From the IMG/VR virus record IMGVR_UViG_3300003320_000853: DNA of 64,000 nucleotides; one strand, given 5' to 3'. Within the stretch, counting starts at the first letter, position 1. Each line of letters starts with the position of its first letter. The notes beneath the pieces are model-generated. The model saw only the letters and a list, made by a program, of their open reading frames with translations, was not told the DNA's origin and searched no databases. This DNA comes from a virus. Lineage: Duplodnaviria; Caudoviricetes. Shown here piece by piece: positions 1 through 11,600 of this stretch. Both the position numbers and the translations under genes were made by a program.

Positions 1-222
1 CCACCGCGACGCCCACAACTTCTGGTACTTTCACCCTCGCAACGGCGGCGTGAGCGCCTACGTGCAGTACGACTACGACCCTGAGACGCGGGCGAGCACG
101 TACGACGCGGGGTTCCTCGACCCGGAGAAGATCGAAGCGTCCTTGGAGCGCGTCAACGCTTTGGAGCCCTTCCCGCCCCGCAAATGGGTGTGGAGAGCCC
201 TCGGGGAGGCCATGGAGGCGGA

Positions 223-876
223 ATGAACGTCACGATCTTCCGGCACGGCCAGAGCACAGCGAATGCCGGCGAACCAAGCGACGACCCCGCGAGCATCGAG
301 CTCACCCCGCTCGGATGGGAACAGGCGCGGATGATCGCCGAAGCACCTACGGGCGCCCCGGGTCTCATCGTGACCTCGCCGTTTCTTCGTACGAAGCAGA
401 CGGCCAGGCCTACGGTAGAGCGCTTCCCAAGCGTGGCCCAGGAAGAGTGGCCCATCCAGGAGTTCACCTATCTTCCGGCCGAGCCGTTCAAGGGCACCAC
501 GCGAGCCGACCGGGTCGAGTTCGCGGCGGCCTTCTGGGATCGCTCCGATCCGTTCTACCGGGAGGGCCCGGGGGCCGAGTCGCTCAATGACCTTTTCGTC
601 CGGGTGTACGACATGTTCGATCGGCTCGACAGGATCGGCAGCGCCACGAACGAAATCGCGATCTTCGGCCACGGGATGTTCATGAGGGCGATCCTCTGGG
701 GCGTGCTCACGAACATCTGGACGATGACCCCGGACACGATGCAAGGCTTCCGTTCGTTCTGCCTCTCCTTCCCCATCCCGAACGCCGTATCGCTTCCTCT
801 CTCCGGGCAGGATGGGCGCTGGCACGTCGGAACGCTTGGGATCAACCACATCCCAGAGGGTATGGTCACGACGTGA
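223..876 (+). CDS. Histidine phosphatase (phosphoglycerate mutase family)
   Basis: FRHGQS catalytic motif at the N-terminus, SPFLRTKQTA, ESLNDL and FGHG; ATG 223 overlaps the stop of a partial upstream ORF (<2..226). Confidence 0.9.
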   Translation: MNVTIFRHGQSTANAGEPSDDPASIELTPLGWEQARMIAEAPTGAPGLIVTSPFLRTKQTARPTVERFPSVAQEEWPIQEFTYLPAEPFKGTTRADRVEFAAAFWDRSDPFYREGPGAESLNDLFVRVYDMFDRLDRIGSATNEIAIFGHGMFMRAILWGVLTNIWTMTPDTMQGFRSFCLSFPIPNAVSLPLSGQDGRWHVGTLGINHIPEGMVTT

Positions 877-1115
877 GTCAGCCCATCACGGAGGCCGACA
901 TCCTGGCCTTGGTCCGTGGCGCGGTGAGGTTCCCCTACCCGCAAGTCTGCAAGCACCTGGTCGCGCTCGACTTGCTGAACATGCTCGGCGAGAAGGGCTA
1001 CAACGTCCGGGAGGATCTCGCCGCCGCCATCGTGGAGGCCCGAGACGAAGACGCCCTGGCGATCCTGGGGTTGATCGCTCCAGAGGTGCCGCTGTAGGAG
1101 CGCGGGAGGATTTCC

Positions 1116-1412
1116 ATGGAAAAAGATTACGCGATCGTTCTCTTTTACGTCATTCTCATCTCGGCCACTCTCACCGCCCTGGTCGCCGAGTCCTACTTCA
1201 AAGACTTGACCCCCAGCTTCAAGCTGAAGCTCCGGCGGATCTACATGCTCACGGTGACGGCCACGTGCGGCGCCAGCTTCGACGATGCCCTGACGCAGCA
1301 TCGGCCGATCCAGGCGACCCTGTGTGCCTTCTTCATCGGAGTCATCGTCCTGAGCGCATTCGCTTCGCTCTTCGACAAGGAGAAGCCGAAGAACAAGGGC
1401 GACGAGGCGTGA
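1116..1412 (+). CDS. Small membrane protein
   Basis: 2-3 hydrophobic stretches; GGGAGG upstream. Confidence 0.6.
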   Translation: MEKDYAIVLFYVILISATLTALVAESYFKDLTPSFKLKLRRIYMLTVTATCGASFDDALTQHRPIQATLCAFFIGVIVLSAFASLFDKEKPKNKGDEA

Positions 1413-1756
1413 AGACCTGGCATTTCGAGAGCGCGATCGTGGCCTCCCTTCTGCTCGCCGTGTGGTGGACGACGGGCCACACGGCGGCCGAGCTGCTCGG
1501 GAGTGCGGCCGTGTTCTGCGGCTTCTGTTGCGCTTCCATCACCGACCGGCTCACCGAGCAGGAGGCGGTCCGGGTCAAGCCCGCCGTCTCCTGCTACCGG
1601 CTCTTCTGGTACTTCTTCGTAGGCAAGGAGGCGTTCTGGGCCGTCTACTTCACCTGGAAGGGAGCCTGGTCGGCGCTCGTCGGGGTCGCGATCTTCATGG
1701 CGTACCCTTTGTGGCGCAAGGTATGGCGCCACATCCATCCGATGCGGAACGGTTAG
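1409..1756 (+). CDS. Membrane protein (hypothetical)
   Basis: GTG start overlaps the previous stop (GTGA); several hydrophobic helices. The longer 812..1756 ORF is an upstream extension. Confidence 0.6.
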   Translation: MKTWHFESAIVASLLLAVWWTTGHTAAELLGSAAVFCGFCCASITDRLTEQEAVRVKPAVSCYRLFWYFFVGKEAFWAVYFTWKGAWSALVGVAIFMAYPLWRKVWRHIHPMRNG

Positions 1757-1759
1757 GGG

Positions 1760-2551
1760 CTAGTTGCAGACGCCCGTCTGCATGTTGCACTGGAGACCGC
1801 TGCAACACAGATCGTCGAGAGTGCAATCGGCGCCGGGGCCCTGGCAGCACGAACCGCTCTCGCACTGGAGATGGATGCTGGTGCAGCAATCGCTGTCGGA
1901 CTGGCACTCATAGCCCATCACGGTGCTGTACTCGTCCATGCAACACTCGCCGACGACGGGGTCGATGGCGTAGTTGGCCGGGCAACGGAGACCCTCGCAA
2001 CAGATGTTGGTGGGGTCGTCCGTGTAGAAGGAATTGTCACAGGGCCCGCCGATCTCGGAGCACCCGTTGATGGGTCCGGCGTCGGCGCCGACATCGTTGG
2101 CTGGCTGGACGCAGCCGCCGGGAATCTCCCAGGCGGGCGGGGGCTGGAAGTTGATGACGTCCTGCGGGAAGGAGCCAACGAGGACGCACCGTAGGCCCTC
2201 GTTGGCGGCCGTGACCTCGTCCTTGCCGAGCAGGTTGTCAGTGATCTGCGTGGCGCGATCGAGATCCTTGGCGCAGAAGACGAACCCGCACGGGTAGTGT
2301 GGGATGAGCATGGCGTAGGCGTTGAAGAGACCGGGCGGCGTGATGACGGGGTCGGCGTTGCAGGCCCAGACATTGCCGCCGTAGTCCCCGACGCCGTTGA
2401 GGAAGGCCTTGGTAACACAAATGGCCGCCCCCATCTTGGGGGCCGAGCTGCTACATCCTCCGCCATCTGCGGCCATGGCGAAGAGAGAGAACGTGGCCAG
2501 CGCCAAGACGGCGCCGATCCTACCGGGAGTCCTGGAAATGTATCGCTTCAT
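1760..2551 (-). CDS. Secreted or lipoprotein-like Cys-rich protein with three C-C-CC-C-C repeats
   Basis: Basic plus hydrophobic signal (MKRYISR..AVLALATFSLFAMAADGGGCSSS); three C-terminal Cys repeats; class II motif GGTGTAG upstream of ATG 2551. Confidence 0.75.
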   Translation of the reverse strand: MKRYISRTPGRIGAVLALATFSLFAMAADGGGCSSSAPKMGAAICVTKAFLNGVGDYGGNVWACNADPVITPPGLFNAYAMLIPHYPCGFVFCAKDLDRATQITDNLLGKDEVTAANEGLRCVLVGSFPQDVINFQPPPAWEIPGGCVQPANDVGADAGPINGCSEIGGPCDNSFYTDDPTNICCEGLRCPANYAIDPVVGECCMDEYSTVMGYECQSDSDCCTSIHLQCESGSCCQGPGADCTLDDLCCSGLQCNMQTGVCN

Positions 2552-3429
2552 AGAGCGCGTCCCTACACCAAAATCCGGTTGCTGTCGAGGTTGATCGGCT
2601 GGCTCCGTCCCGTGTAGAGAGGGGTCATGAGCGACCCGAATAAGCCTGTGGATCCCAAGAATCCCTTCAGCGGCCTCAGCGACCACGAGTGGAACGTCGC
2701 GAAGGACATGTGGGGAAAGGGGCTCGACAAGTGGCTGGCCCCGACGGCAGCCCCGTCCGGCGCCCTCCCTCAATGGAGGGTGAAGATCCCTGGTGTATCT
2801 TTCCCTCAGTACACCCGCCGCTCGGGCGCCTACAAGGCCGTGACTGGCCCGATCCTGGAGGAGACCCGTCGCCGGCTGGGGCTCAAGGACGAAGGTTGAT
2901 CAGCGCCGGAGCGTAGCTTCGCCCTCGGGGTCGGAACCATTCATCCGGCCCGCGATCTGAGGGATGTCCTTGCGGGAGAAGGTCAGGGTCTTTTCATCCC
3001 CGAGAGATGCGTCGTCGCTCAAGTCCGGCAGCTTCAGCACCTTCGGAGCCCATGCTGGCTTCGGCTGCGCCAAGAGGCGCTTCAGCTCCCCCATCTGCCG
3101 GCTCAGGCTGGAGACCCGGTGATTCAGGAGGCCGAGGATCGCGAGGATGAGGAGCAATTCGATCACAACAGGGGTCATAGGATCCCTGTTACACCGAGGC
3201 TAGGAGTTCTGGGTATTGAGCTTCGCGAGCTGCGTCGTGAGCTCATCGTACTCGTTGACGGCCGCGTTCGTCTTGCCTTCAGCGAAACATTTGCCACAGC
3301 GACGCCCGTAGGACTCCCGCGACGTCTTGACTCCGAAGGGGTTCCTACAGACCCAACAGCGGCCCGGCGGATGAGCCTTCCAGAGCTGGCTGAGACGCTT
3401 CTGGACTCTCTGCTTCTCCTTCGCCGTGC

Positions 3430-3684
3430 TCACAGGCTTTCCTCCTCATCGAGGCGCTCCCAGGCCGTCGGAGCCGTCGAGGGAGGGGGCGGGAACGTGA
3501 GACGCCACATGGACAGGTCGGTCTCCAGGAAGATTCGCGTACTCTTCCGGATGCACACCTCGGGATCCCCATCGTAGAAGCTCGGGAAGCCCGTATGTTC
3601 CCACAGGATGTGCTCGGCGAAGTCCTTCGGAAGGGCAATGAAGAGCTGACGGGCTTCGTCCTGGACGATCTCGACGCCCGTCAC
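3430..3684 (-). CDS. Hypothetical protein with the shared C-terminal tag (PTAWERLDEEESL)
   Basis: GTG start overlaps the stop of the CYTH gene; tag follows a Pro-rich linker. Confidence 0.7.
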   Translation of the reverse strand: MTGVEIVQDEARQLFIALPKDFAEHILWEHTGFPSFYDGDPEVCIRKSTRIFLETDLSMWRLTFPPPPSTAPTAWERLDEEESL

Positions 3685-4244
3685 CGGAGGTGCCCGCAGT
3701 CCGGGCACGCCACGATCTGGTCAGGGATGCTCTCCGGACCATCATCGTCGTCGCCCTCGATGAAGATCATCCCCTTGCCACCACAGCGGCAGGGGAACTT
3801 CGGGATCTCGCGGGAGCGGGCCAGGTTGACGTTTTGGAAGCGCGGGTCGAGGGATACCTCCTCGCCGACCCACTCGGGCTTGCCGTACTCCTGATCCTCC
3901 GAATCCAGCTCGATCTCGGCGAGCCAGAAGCCCTGGAGGTGCCCGTGGAACTCGTCGACCTCCCACGGCGAGTTTAGAAGGCGGTGCCGCGTCTTCTCCA
4001 GCCGGAGAGGGCACATCGCGAGCATCTTCTGTGCGATCTCACGGCTCAGGGGGAAGCTCCATTCCTCGCGTGAGATGAGGCCCTTGCCCTTGATCGTGAG
4101 CTCGTTCCCGACGACGACGCTCGACGAGAGCCGGACGCGCACCAGAGGGTTGAGGCTCAGGTACCCCTGGACGATACGGGCCGAGAAGAGACGTTCCGTA
4201 GGGAGCTTCTCGACGTTGACCAGGAACTTGCGCTCGATCTCCAT
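3681..4244 (-). CDS. CYTH-domain (triphosphate tunnel) protein
   Basis: MEIERKFLV, QGYL, VRVR, LTIKG, EKTR, WEVDEF, LAEIEL signatures; short C-terminal Cys pairs. Confidence 0.9.
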   Translation of the reverse strand: MEIERKFLVNVEKLPTERLFSARIVQGYLSLNPLVRVRLSSSVVVGNELTIKGKGLISREEWSFPLSREIAQKMLAMCPLRLEKTRHRLLNSPWEVDEFHGHLQGFWLAEIELDSEDQEYGKPEWVGEEVSLDPRFQNVNLARSREIPKFPCRCGGKGMIFIEGDDDDGPESIPDQIVACPDCGHLR

Positions 4245-4606
4245 CCTTCACCTCTCGGGTCCGTACACCAGACGGCTCATGAACACGTGGGCAGCGCCGC
4301 TCTGGCAGTATCCCTTACGGTGAGGCCATGGGACGGCGCCGCAGAAGCATACGCAGCGGGACGCTCGAACCTTGCGCATCACCCGGCAGAGAGGTCGGCC
4401 GGGCCGGCATCCTTTGATGTGCCGATCCTTCCAGCACCGCTTGCGGGGCATCGCCCGGGGCTACACCGTGGGCTCGTGGGCTCGTGCTCCTGGCTGAACC
4501 GAGCACCGACCGTCGTGAGGTGGCGTGCGGCTTCATCGAAATCCATGCCCTACCCTTACACCAACCCCCAGGTTGATCGAGATGGTGTAGAGGCTGTACA
4601 ACCTAC

Positions 4607-5191
4607 ATGAAACTCGCTCGGCACTATCAGACCGTTACGGAAAAGGCCCTCGATGCGAAGAAGGCCAGAGACAAGGAAGCCGCCATGGCTCAGCTCAGAG
4701 AGCTGGAGCCCCAGGTCGAGGGAGCTGCAAACGACGGCAAGTTCACCTTCTCCACCACCGAGCGTCTGCTCCCCTTGACCGTCGCCATGCTCATCGAGCT
4801 GGGATACGCAACCAAGGAGCGCCAGGACAACGGCAACTTCCCGGACGCCTCCCGCCCGATCTGGGACATCTCTTGGGGCGAGTTCGCTCGCCCTGTCTCC
4901 ACGGAGCGCAGGGACAGGGTCTTCGTGGTCATCGGCAAGACGGGCCAGTACGAGGACACCACCGAATGGTACGTCTGCGCCTTTGGGACGCACGAGGACG
5001 CCCTGGATCTCAGCAATCGGCTCAATGCGTGGTGCCGGGATCACGGGTGCGATGCACGCCCCTACGTCGGCGTGCCGACCGACCATCCCCCCGAGGACCC
5101 CGCCTTCCGTTGCATTGACACGGGCGTCCAGTACCACATCCACGAGATCCCCCTCTATCTCTCAGGAAAAGGTATGTCCATCCCGACATGA
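4607..5191 (+). CDS. Two-domain hypothetical protein
   Basis: Class I promoter. C-terminal half aligns by eye with 21746..22021; N-terminal half resembles 43814..44227 and 44231..44722. Confidence 0.75.
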   Translation: MKLARHYQTVTEKALDAKKARDKEAAMAQLRELEPQVEGAANDGKFTFSTTERLLPLTVAMLIELGYATKERQDNGNFPDASRPIWDISWGEFARPVSTERRDRVFVVIGKTGQYEDTTEWYVCAFGTHEDALDLSNRLNAWCRDHGCDARPYVGVPTDHPPEDPAFRCIDTGVQYHIHEIPLYLSGKGMSIPT

Positions 5192-5583
5192 CCCTTCGCT
5201 TCGTGAACCTGCTCGCTTGGTGGCGGCGCAAGGTGGCCGTCGAGAGCTTTTCCACGCCCAAGCTCTCGGACGGAACCCTGATCACGATCGACGAAGGGGA
5301 CGGCACGGAGCCCCAAATGCTCGCTCTCACCCGGAACAACCTGTGCTCCATGGCGTGGGTCATCCGCGAGGCCGATCGGCGGGGCTTGAAAAACGTCTCG
5401 CTCACCCTCGAAGTGCCCGAGGGGCCCGACGTCTGGTCTCAGACGCTCACGGTACCCAACTGGGCCAAGAGGAAGCTCTTCCGCGAGGTCATCGCACGGG
5501 CCCTCGCGCTCGGCTGGAAGGGCGAAGTCTACCACCCTTCTCCCACGGCATGGGATCAGCTTTTGAGGGATGAGGGTCTCTAG
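5188..5583 (+). CDS. Hypothetical protein with the shared C-terminal tag (PTAWDQLLRDEGL)
   Basis: ATGA overlap with the upstream gene; tag at the stop. Confidence 0.75.
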   Translation: MTLRFVNLLAWWRRKVAVESFSTPKLSDGTLITIDEGDGTEPQMLALTRNNLCSMAWVIREADRRGLKNVSLTLEVPEGPDVWSQTLTVPNWAKRKLFREVIARALALGWKGEVYHPSPTAWDQLLRDEGL

Positions 5584-5618
5584 GTTGATCGGCGCGCCCC
5601 TGGCCTTGTAGTAGGGGC

Positions 5619-8600
5619 ATGGCACGCAAGAGCACCAAAGCCCTCAACGAGTTCCTCGCCACCCTTGGCGAGCCTCCCTGCGGCAGCTTCGAGACCTACG
5701 GCCGCGACACCAAGGCCTACGTCTTCGTCCCCAAGACGATGACCCGGGCGCAGTTCGAAGCCAAGCTGACCGAGGCGGGGTTCACCTGTCATCCGGAGTG
5801 GAACCGCACCATCCCCACGGGGACGGAGGTGGATGTCACCTTCCGCAAGGTGAAGGGCTGGGACGAGTGATGGCCGCCACGAAGCTGACCAAGCGTCAAG
5901 CCGAGACCCTCGACCTCCTCAAGAAAGCCGGGGGCGTGACGCTCACGGGTGCCACGGCTTCCTGCCTCTGGCGCAACTATCGCGCCCTCGTCGAGAAGGG
6001 CTGCGCCACCGAGACGGAGATCAAGCCGGGGATCAGCCGCTTCGAGCCGCGGGGCGGGAAAGGCGCCGACGAGGGGTGATGCCATGCTGGATCCGCAGTG
6101 GCATGCAGAGCTCTGGTACCGGGGCGAACCGCTCGCTCCGGCCTTCATCCTGGAGTGCGAGCTTCAGGATCCGCAGGCTGCCGCATGTGCGATCTGCAAC
6201 TGGGCCTGGGGGCACTGGGAGAAGTACGCCGGGAACCCGGACTACCAGATCATCGTCCGCAACATGGACGCCGCCTTCCGAGCGGAGCGGATCGCCATGA
6301 TCCGCGCCAAGCAGGCTGAGCGCGAGCGGCACTGGAAAGAGAACCGCTGGACGAAGAACGGGAAGGCCAGGCTCTCGCTCGTCCGGGATTGATCACGGGG
6401 GTCTCACGCTTGTAGAGACCCCCATGACGACCGAGAAGAAGCCCCGCTTCAAGCCCGAGACCACCACCTTCCAGATGTCCCATGCTCGCGTGAAGGATGT
6501 CACCCTCACGCTCACCCACAACCGGAAGGGCTACATCATCCGCCAGAAGGAAGGCGCCTCGACCCACGAGTCCCTCCCCTTCGAGACCATCGAGCAGGCA
6601 CGTCGGGCGTGGCCCGAGTGGTTCATCCCGCTCGCCATCGAGGCCGCCAAGGCCGGCTTCCCCCTGGAGGCTGAGCGCGTCAAGACGGGCCGCAAGATCC
6701 CCTGCCCTGGGGCGGCCCATTCGAACCCCTTCATCGACCACTGCATGTGCTGCCTCGGCGGCACGTGGGGCGAGGTCGACGAGCTGGCGCCGATCGACCT
6801 CGACTTCGCCCGCACGGCCCGCCTGGACGTGCCGTGCCCCTCCCTCACCCGGGAGCAGTCGGCCGCCATGCACCAGCTCGAAAAAGACGGTGTGGTCGAG
6901 CTGGTCTCCCTCCGCAGCCGGAGCAGCTTCTACAGCGGCTACCGCTGGAAGTGAGCGCCCCAGGTTGATCGTGGTGCCCCTCCGGCTGTAGGAGGGGCAT
7001 GAACAACACCATGCCCAAGATCATCCAGTTGAGCAACGAATCCGACGGGGAGTGCCCCTGCGGCTGCGGCGAGGACGCCTACATGTTCACCGTCGAGGGC
7101 GTCGAGAGCGGCTACGTGGATGCCGCGCCCAAGTGCGCCAGGACTTTCCTGGTCGATGCCGGGCTCCTCCCGGACGAGGACGAGTTGATCGACTACGACG
7201 TGACCCTGTAGAAGGCCCATGAGCAACCTCAAGAACGCCGCCACTCTCCGGACCTGGCTCGATGCCTACACGCACGGCGCGCCTCGCACGTGGAGCGAGC
7301 TGATGAGCGCCCTCGTGGGCCCGAACTTCGACCGGGACGACCTCGAACTCACCTCCGAGGAGTGGGCCGCCGTGCGGTACTACCAGCCGCTCCTCAAGGA
7401 TCTCTGCACCGTCACCCACGCGAGCGACCCCCGCCACGACCTCTACTGCCCGAAGGATGCCTGACATGACGACCGAGAGGACCCTTCCCACGTACACGGA
7501 TGCCAAAGGCAAAGTCTGGACGCTCGAACCCTGGAACTCCCGCTCGGACATCCGGACATGGCGGACTCCCAAGGGTATCGGCACCCCGGGAGGCATCATC
7601 GTCAAGACGACGGAAGGCTTCGAGTGGGAGGCCCGCTTGCCGGATGAGACCGGCAGTTCATGGACCAAGGCCCCGACCCTCCAGGCAGCCCAGGCCGCCT
7701 GCGACGCGGAGATCGTGGCGAAGCTCTCCAATCTTCGTTGATCGCCAGCCGCTCGCCCCTGTAGAACCCCCATGGCTACCAAGGTCACCTACACGGATCG
7801 CAGCGGCAAGAAGTGCTCCCTCACCCTCGGCTCGCGAGAGGCTGCCGAGAAGTACGCGAAGACCGTCAAGGGCGCCGTCCTCGAAGACGTCGCCACGGTC
7901 GCCCCCAACGTCACCGCCACCGTCTGTCCCGCCGGCACGGCCGAGGCCCAGAAGGCCGCCACCAACGCCTACTACGCGCCCATCAAGGCGGCCCGCCACG
8001 GCGTGGTCGTCTCCGAGGGCCTGAGCGCGGAGCAGCGGGCCGAGCTGGAGATGGAGCACTTCTCTCAGGCGAGGCTCGCCGGCCAGTCGATGGAAGACGC
8101 CATTGCCGACTGGAATTACAGCCAGGGTCGGGGATGAGCTCTCCGAAGCTCAAGCGGACCATCTCGCCCGCAGCAGAGACCGAGCGCGAGATGGTCCGGA
8201 GAGACGGGGGCCAGTTCGGCTATAACCTCGATGCCATGTGCGTTTGCGGGCATACGAAGGGCGAGCATGTCTTCCCCTCGGGTCGCCAGTGCTTAGCCGA
8301 GATTGAGGGCAGCGATGACGGCTGCCCCTGCCCAGGGTTCAGAAAGAGTCGAAAGAAAGCTCCGAAGAGCCGTCCCCCAAGTTGATCGCCGTGCTCGACG
8401 TCCTGTAGGAGAGGCATGACGACTTCGACCGGCCCCGACGACATCATCCGCTCTCTCGCCACCGATCTCGCGGACATCTTCCGCGGGAACGAAGCAACAA
8501 CGGCGCTCGACATCAAGGCCTTGGAGAACCGCGGTTACGGGTTCTTCCGCATGCAGCTCCACGCGGCCCTCGTGACGGCTCGTATCTACCGCGAGCCGAC

Positions 8601-11600
8601 CTTCGCGGAGGTCGAGGAGCTGATGGGTTGGACCAAGATCGGCCTCCGTGACTGATTAACCCCCAATCTCACCCTGTTGAGCAAACCATGAGCCTTTCCC
8701 TCGCCATGCAGTTCCTCACGGCCCGCACCAAACACCGTGCCGTGAGCTTCCTCAAGCGGGTCGACTACAGTTGGCCCAGCTCCGCGGATCCTATCGTCTT
8801 CGCCGACGGATCCCAGGTCTACCTGTCCGGGATGGACCGGCACCTCACCGACAAGGAGGTCACGAAGGCCGTCGCCCGCTACTGCCGGCACGAGGGCCAC
8901 TACGCGTCCTTCGTCCGCACCAACACCCTGGCGATGTCCTGTGCCCTCCGTGAGTGGCGCCTCGACTATCAGGGTTGATCGGCGAGCGGGTTCCCTTGTA
9001 GGAGCGGCATGAACACCACCTTCAATCCCATCGTCCCGCTCTTCAAGCGGAGCTACGAGAATCCGGCCCTCGACAACATCCTCCTCCGGAGCGCAACGAC
9101 CCTCGGCGAGCGCTTCCTCGCTTACGGCTCGAACCGGGCGGCCGTAGCCGTCGCCCTGAACACGATCCGCAACGCTTCCCCCGGAGGCCGCTTCCACGGC
9201 AAGCCCGGCGCCGCCGAGATGGCCGAGTCCGCCAAGGTGTGGCTGCTGAGCCACGGGCTCAACGAGCAGGGCAAGGCGAACTGATCATGGCGAAGAAACT
9301 CTACAGAGTCGCTCGCGACGAGGGCCGCCAGATCGGCCTCGATCTATTGACCGTCAACCGGGCGGGGATGTTCTTCACTCACCCGAGCTTCAAGAAACCG
9401 GGGGAGTTCATCTTTCACGGGGACAAGGCCATGTGCCGCGCCCTCGTGGACGCCATTCCCAACTGCTTCATCGTCGACACGAACGGCAAGAGGGTCGAGA
9501 AATGAGCACGCACGCATTCATCGGCTTGGAGAAGCGGGACGGATCGGTCTCCTTCATCTACGTCCACTACGACGGATTCCCAAGGAACATGGCGCCCATG
9601 CTCACCCAGAACTGGGCCGAGCTGGCACGGGTCAAGAAGCTGCTCTCCAAGGGCGACCTCCTGGGCGTCAAGGCGACCCTCCGCCAGTGCCATCGGATCG
9701 GCACTCCGCCCTTCAAGGACAAGCCCCAGCATGCGGACACAGTCGAAGACTTCACCACCATCGCCAGGGGTCTGGGAGGCAGCTACGCCTACCTCTTCCG
9801 CGCCTCCGGCTGGGAGATGTTCGACGCCGACACCAAGATGTGGGTGCCCGCATCTGCACGTTTGCAGGGATAGGCGGAAGAGGAGTACGCGCATTCTGGG
9901 GGATCATGCTGACCGTCGACGAAATACACGCTCTGCGCGACCGCCTGTGGACTCGCTTCAAGGTCGGGCAGGACAGAGACGAAGACCTCTACGTCTTCCA
10001 GCACGGAAGGTTTGTCACAATCGGTTTCCATGGGATCTATCGGATGCCCACGGCCCGGGCGGCCAAGGTCGCGGGCGAGCTCATCGCGAGGTTTGCCATG
10101 GGGTACTGTCCAAGGCTCCACTTCTGCCGTGACGAGATCCACTCCAAAGGCGGGGATGTCCTCCTGGAGTTCACCGTCGATCCGACCCCAGAACCGAGAC
10201 GGAACGAAGGCTTGCTCGGAAGCCCGCCCGATCTCACCGACGACGATCGCCTCTGCTAGTCCCCCAGAACTGGTGTATGAGGGCCATTACCAGAGAAAGG
10301 ACCCTCATGATCGGCACGACCACAAGCGGGGCGCCTCTCCAGACGCGCCCCTTCTCCAGCAAGCCCACCCTGATCCCCCAGCTCGGCGACGACGGCCGTT
10401 GGAACGGCAAGATCGTCAAGGTCGAGATGGTGCTGCTCCGCAGCCTCGAAGGCGGCGCACGCCAGCACCTCTGGCTCATCCCCGACCCCCGGCCCCACAA
10501 CCATCCGTGGAAGTGGATCGACTGCAAGGTGCTCCGCGGCAGCTACATGGCCATGGAGTACATCCCGGACGGGAAGGGCGGCTTCAACGAGCGGGGCATC
10601 GTCCTCGACGCGGGCGACCCCGAGCACCGCCTCCTCCACGACGAGCATCACCAGATCGTCCAGGTCGTCCCCGGCACCATCTCGGTCATGAGCTTCGGCC
10701 CCGTCGTCGGCGACGGCAAGCAGTGGGGCCACCTCGTGAAAAACGGAGACGCCTACACCTACGAGCCCACGAAGCCCATGAGCGGCTTCGTGGACGCTCT
10801 CTGGCACTGCAACCCGCACCTCCGCAAGGAGGGATGGGTCGACCCCTACGCCGAGCAGCCGGTGCCCGATCTCGACGCCCTCATGGCGAGCGTCGGCGTC
10901 TGAGCCGTCCCTGTTGATCGGCTGCGGGCCCTTCCTGTAGAACCCGCATGCACTGCAAGATCCAGTGGATCGACTGTTCCGGCAACCCCACGCCCGACAC
11001 GAACGAGGCCGTTGGCTTCGCCGTCTTCAAGGACGGCCGCCGCTTCCCCATCTGCGCGTCCCACCTGGAGACCCTTCGGGATCGCCGCTGCCACCATGAG
11101 CCCGAGAAGGGCTGCTCCCACCGCAGCTCCGATCCCCACGCCTCCTGGCACTTCGAGCCCCTCCCCGTCGAGACCACGTGAACCGCACCAAGATCACGCA
11201 CGTCGCCATCCGATTCCAGGGGGTCGTCTACTCCCTGCCACCGCCCAACCGGCACCACCACGTCATCCGCCTCATCGTCGAGCAGACGGGCGTGGACAGC
11301 GTGGACAACGACGAGCAGGGCTTCCTCGACGAATCCGGACGCTTCCTCAGCCGCCGCCAAGCGCTGGTGTCGGCCCGCCTCTTCGGCCAGATCAAGGACG
11401 AGAGTCAAATCCGCGCCGGTCGCCTCTTCTCCGAAGACCTCTGGTAGCACAAGGTTGATCGCAGCCTGCCGCGGGTTGTAAGAACGGCATGAAGATCGAG
11501 ATCCGTAACCTCAAGTTCTCGGCGTTCGCGTCTCAGGATTCGAACTGCTTCCAGGGCACCATCTACATCGACGGAAAGAAGGAAGGGGATGTCCGGAACG

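Noticed and set aside
2896-2902. TTGATCA as a class I promoter
   Set aside because: No TGTA at +16; it is just two convergent stop codons.
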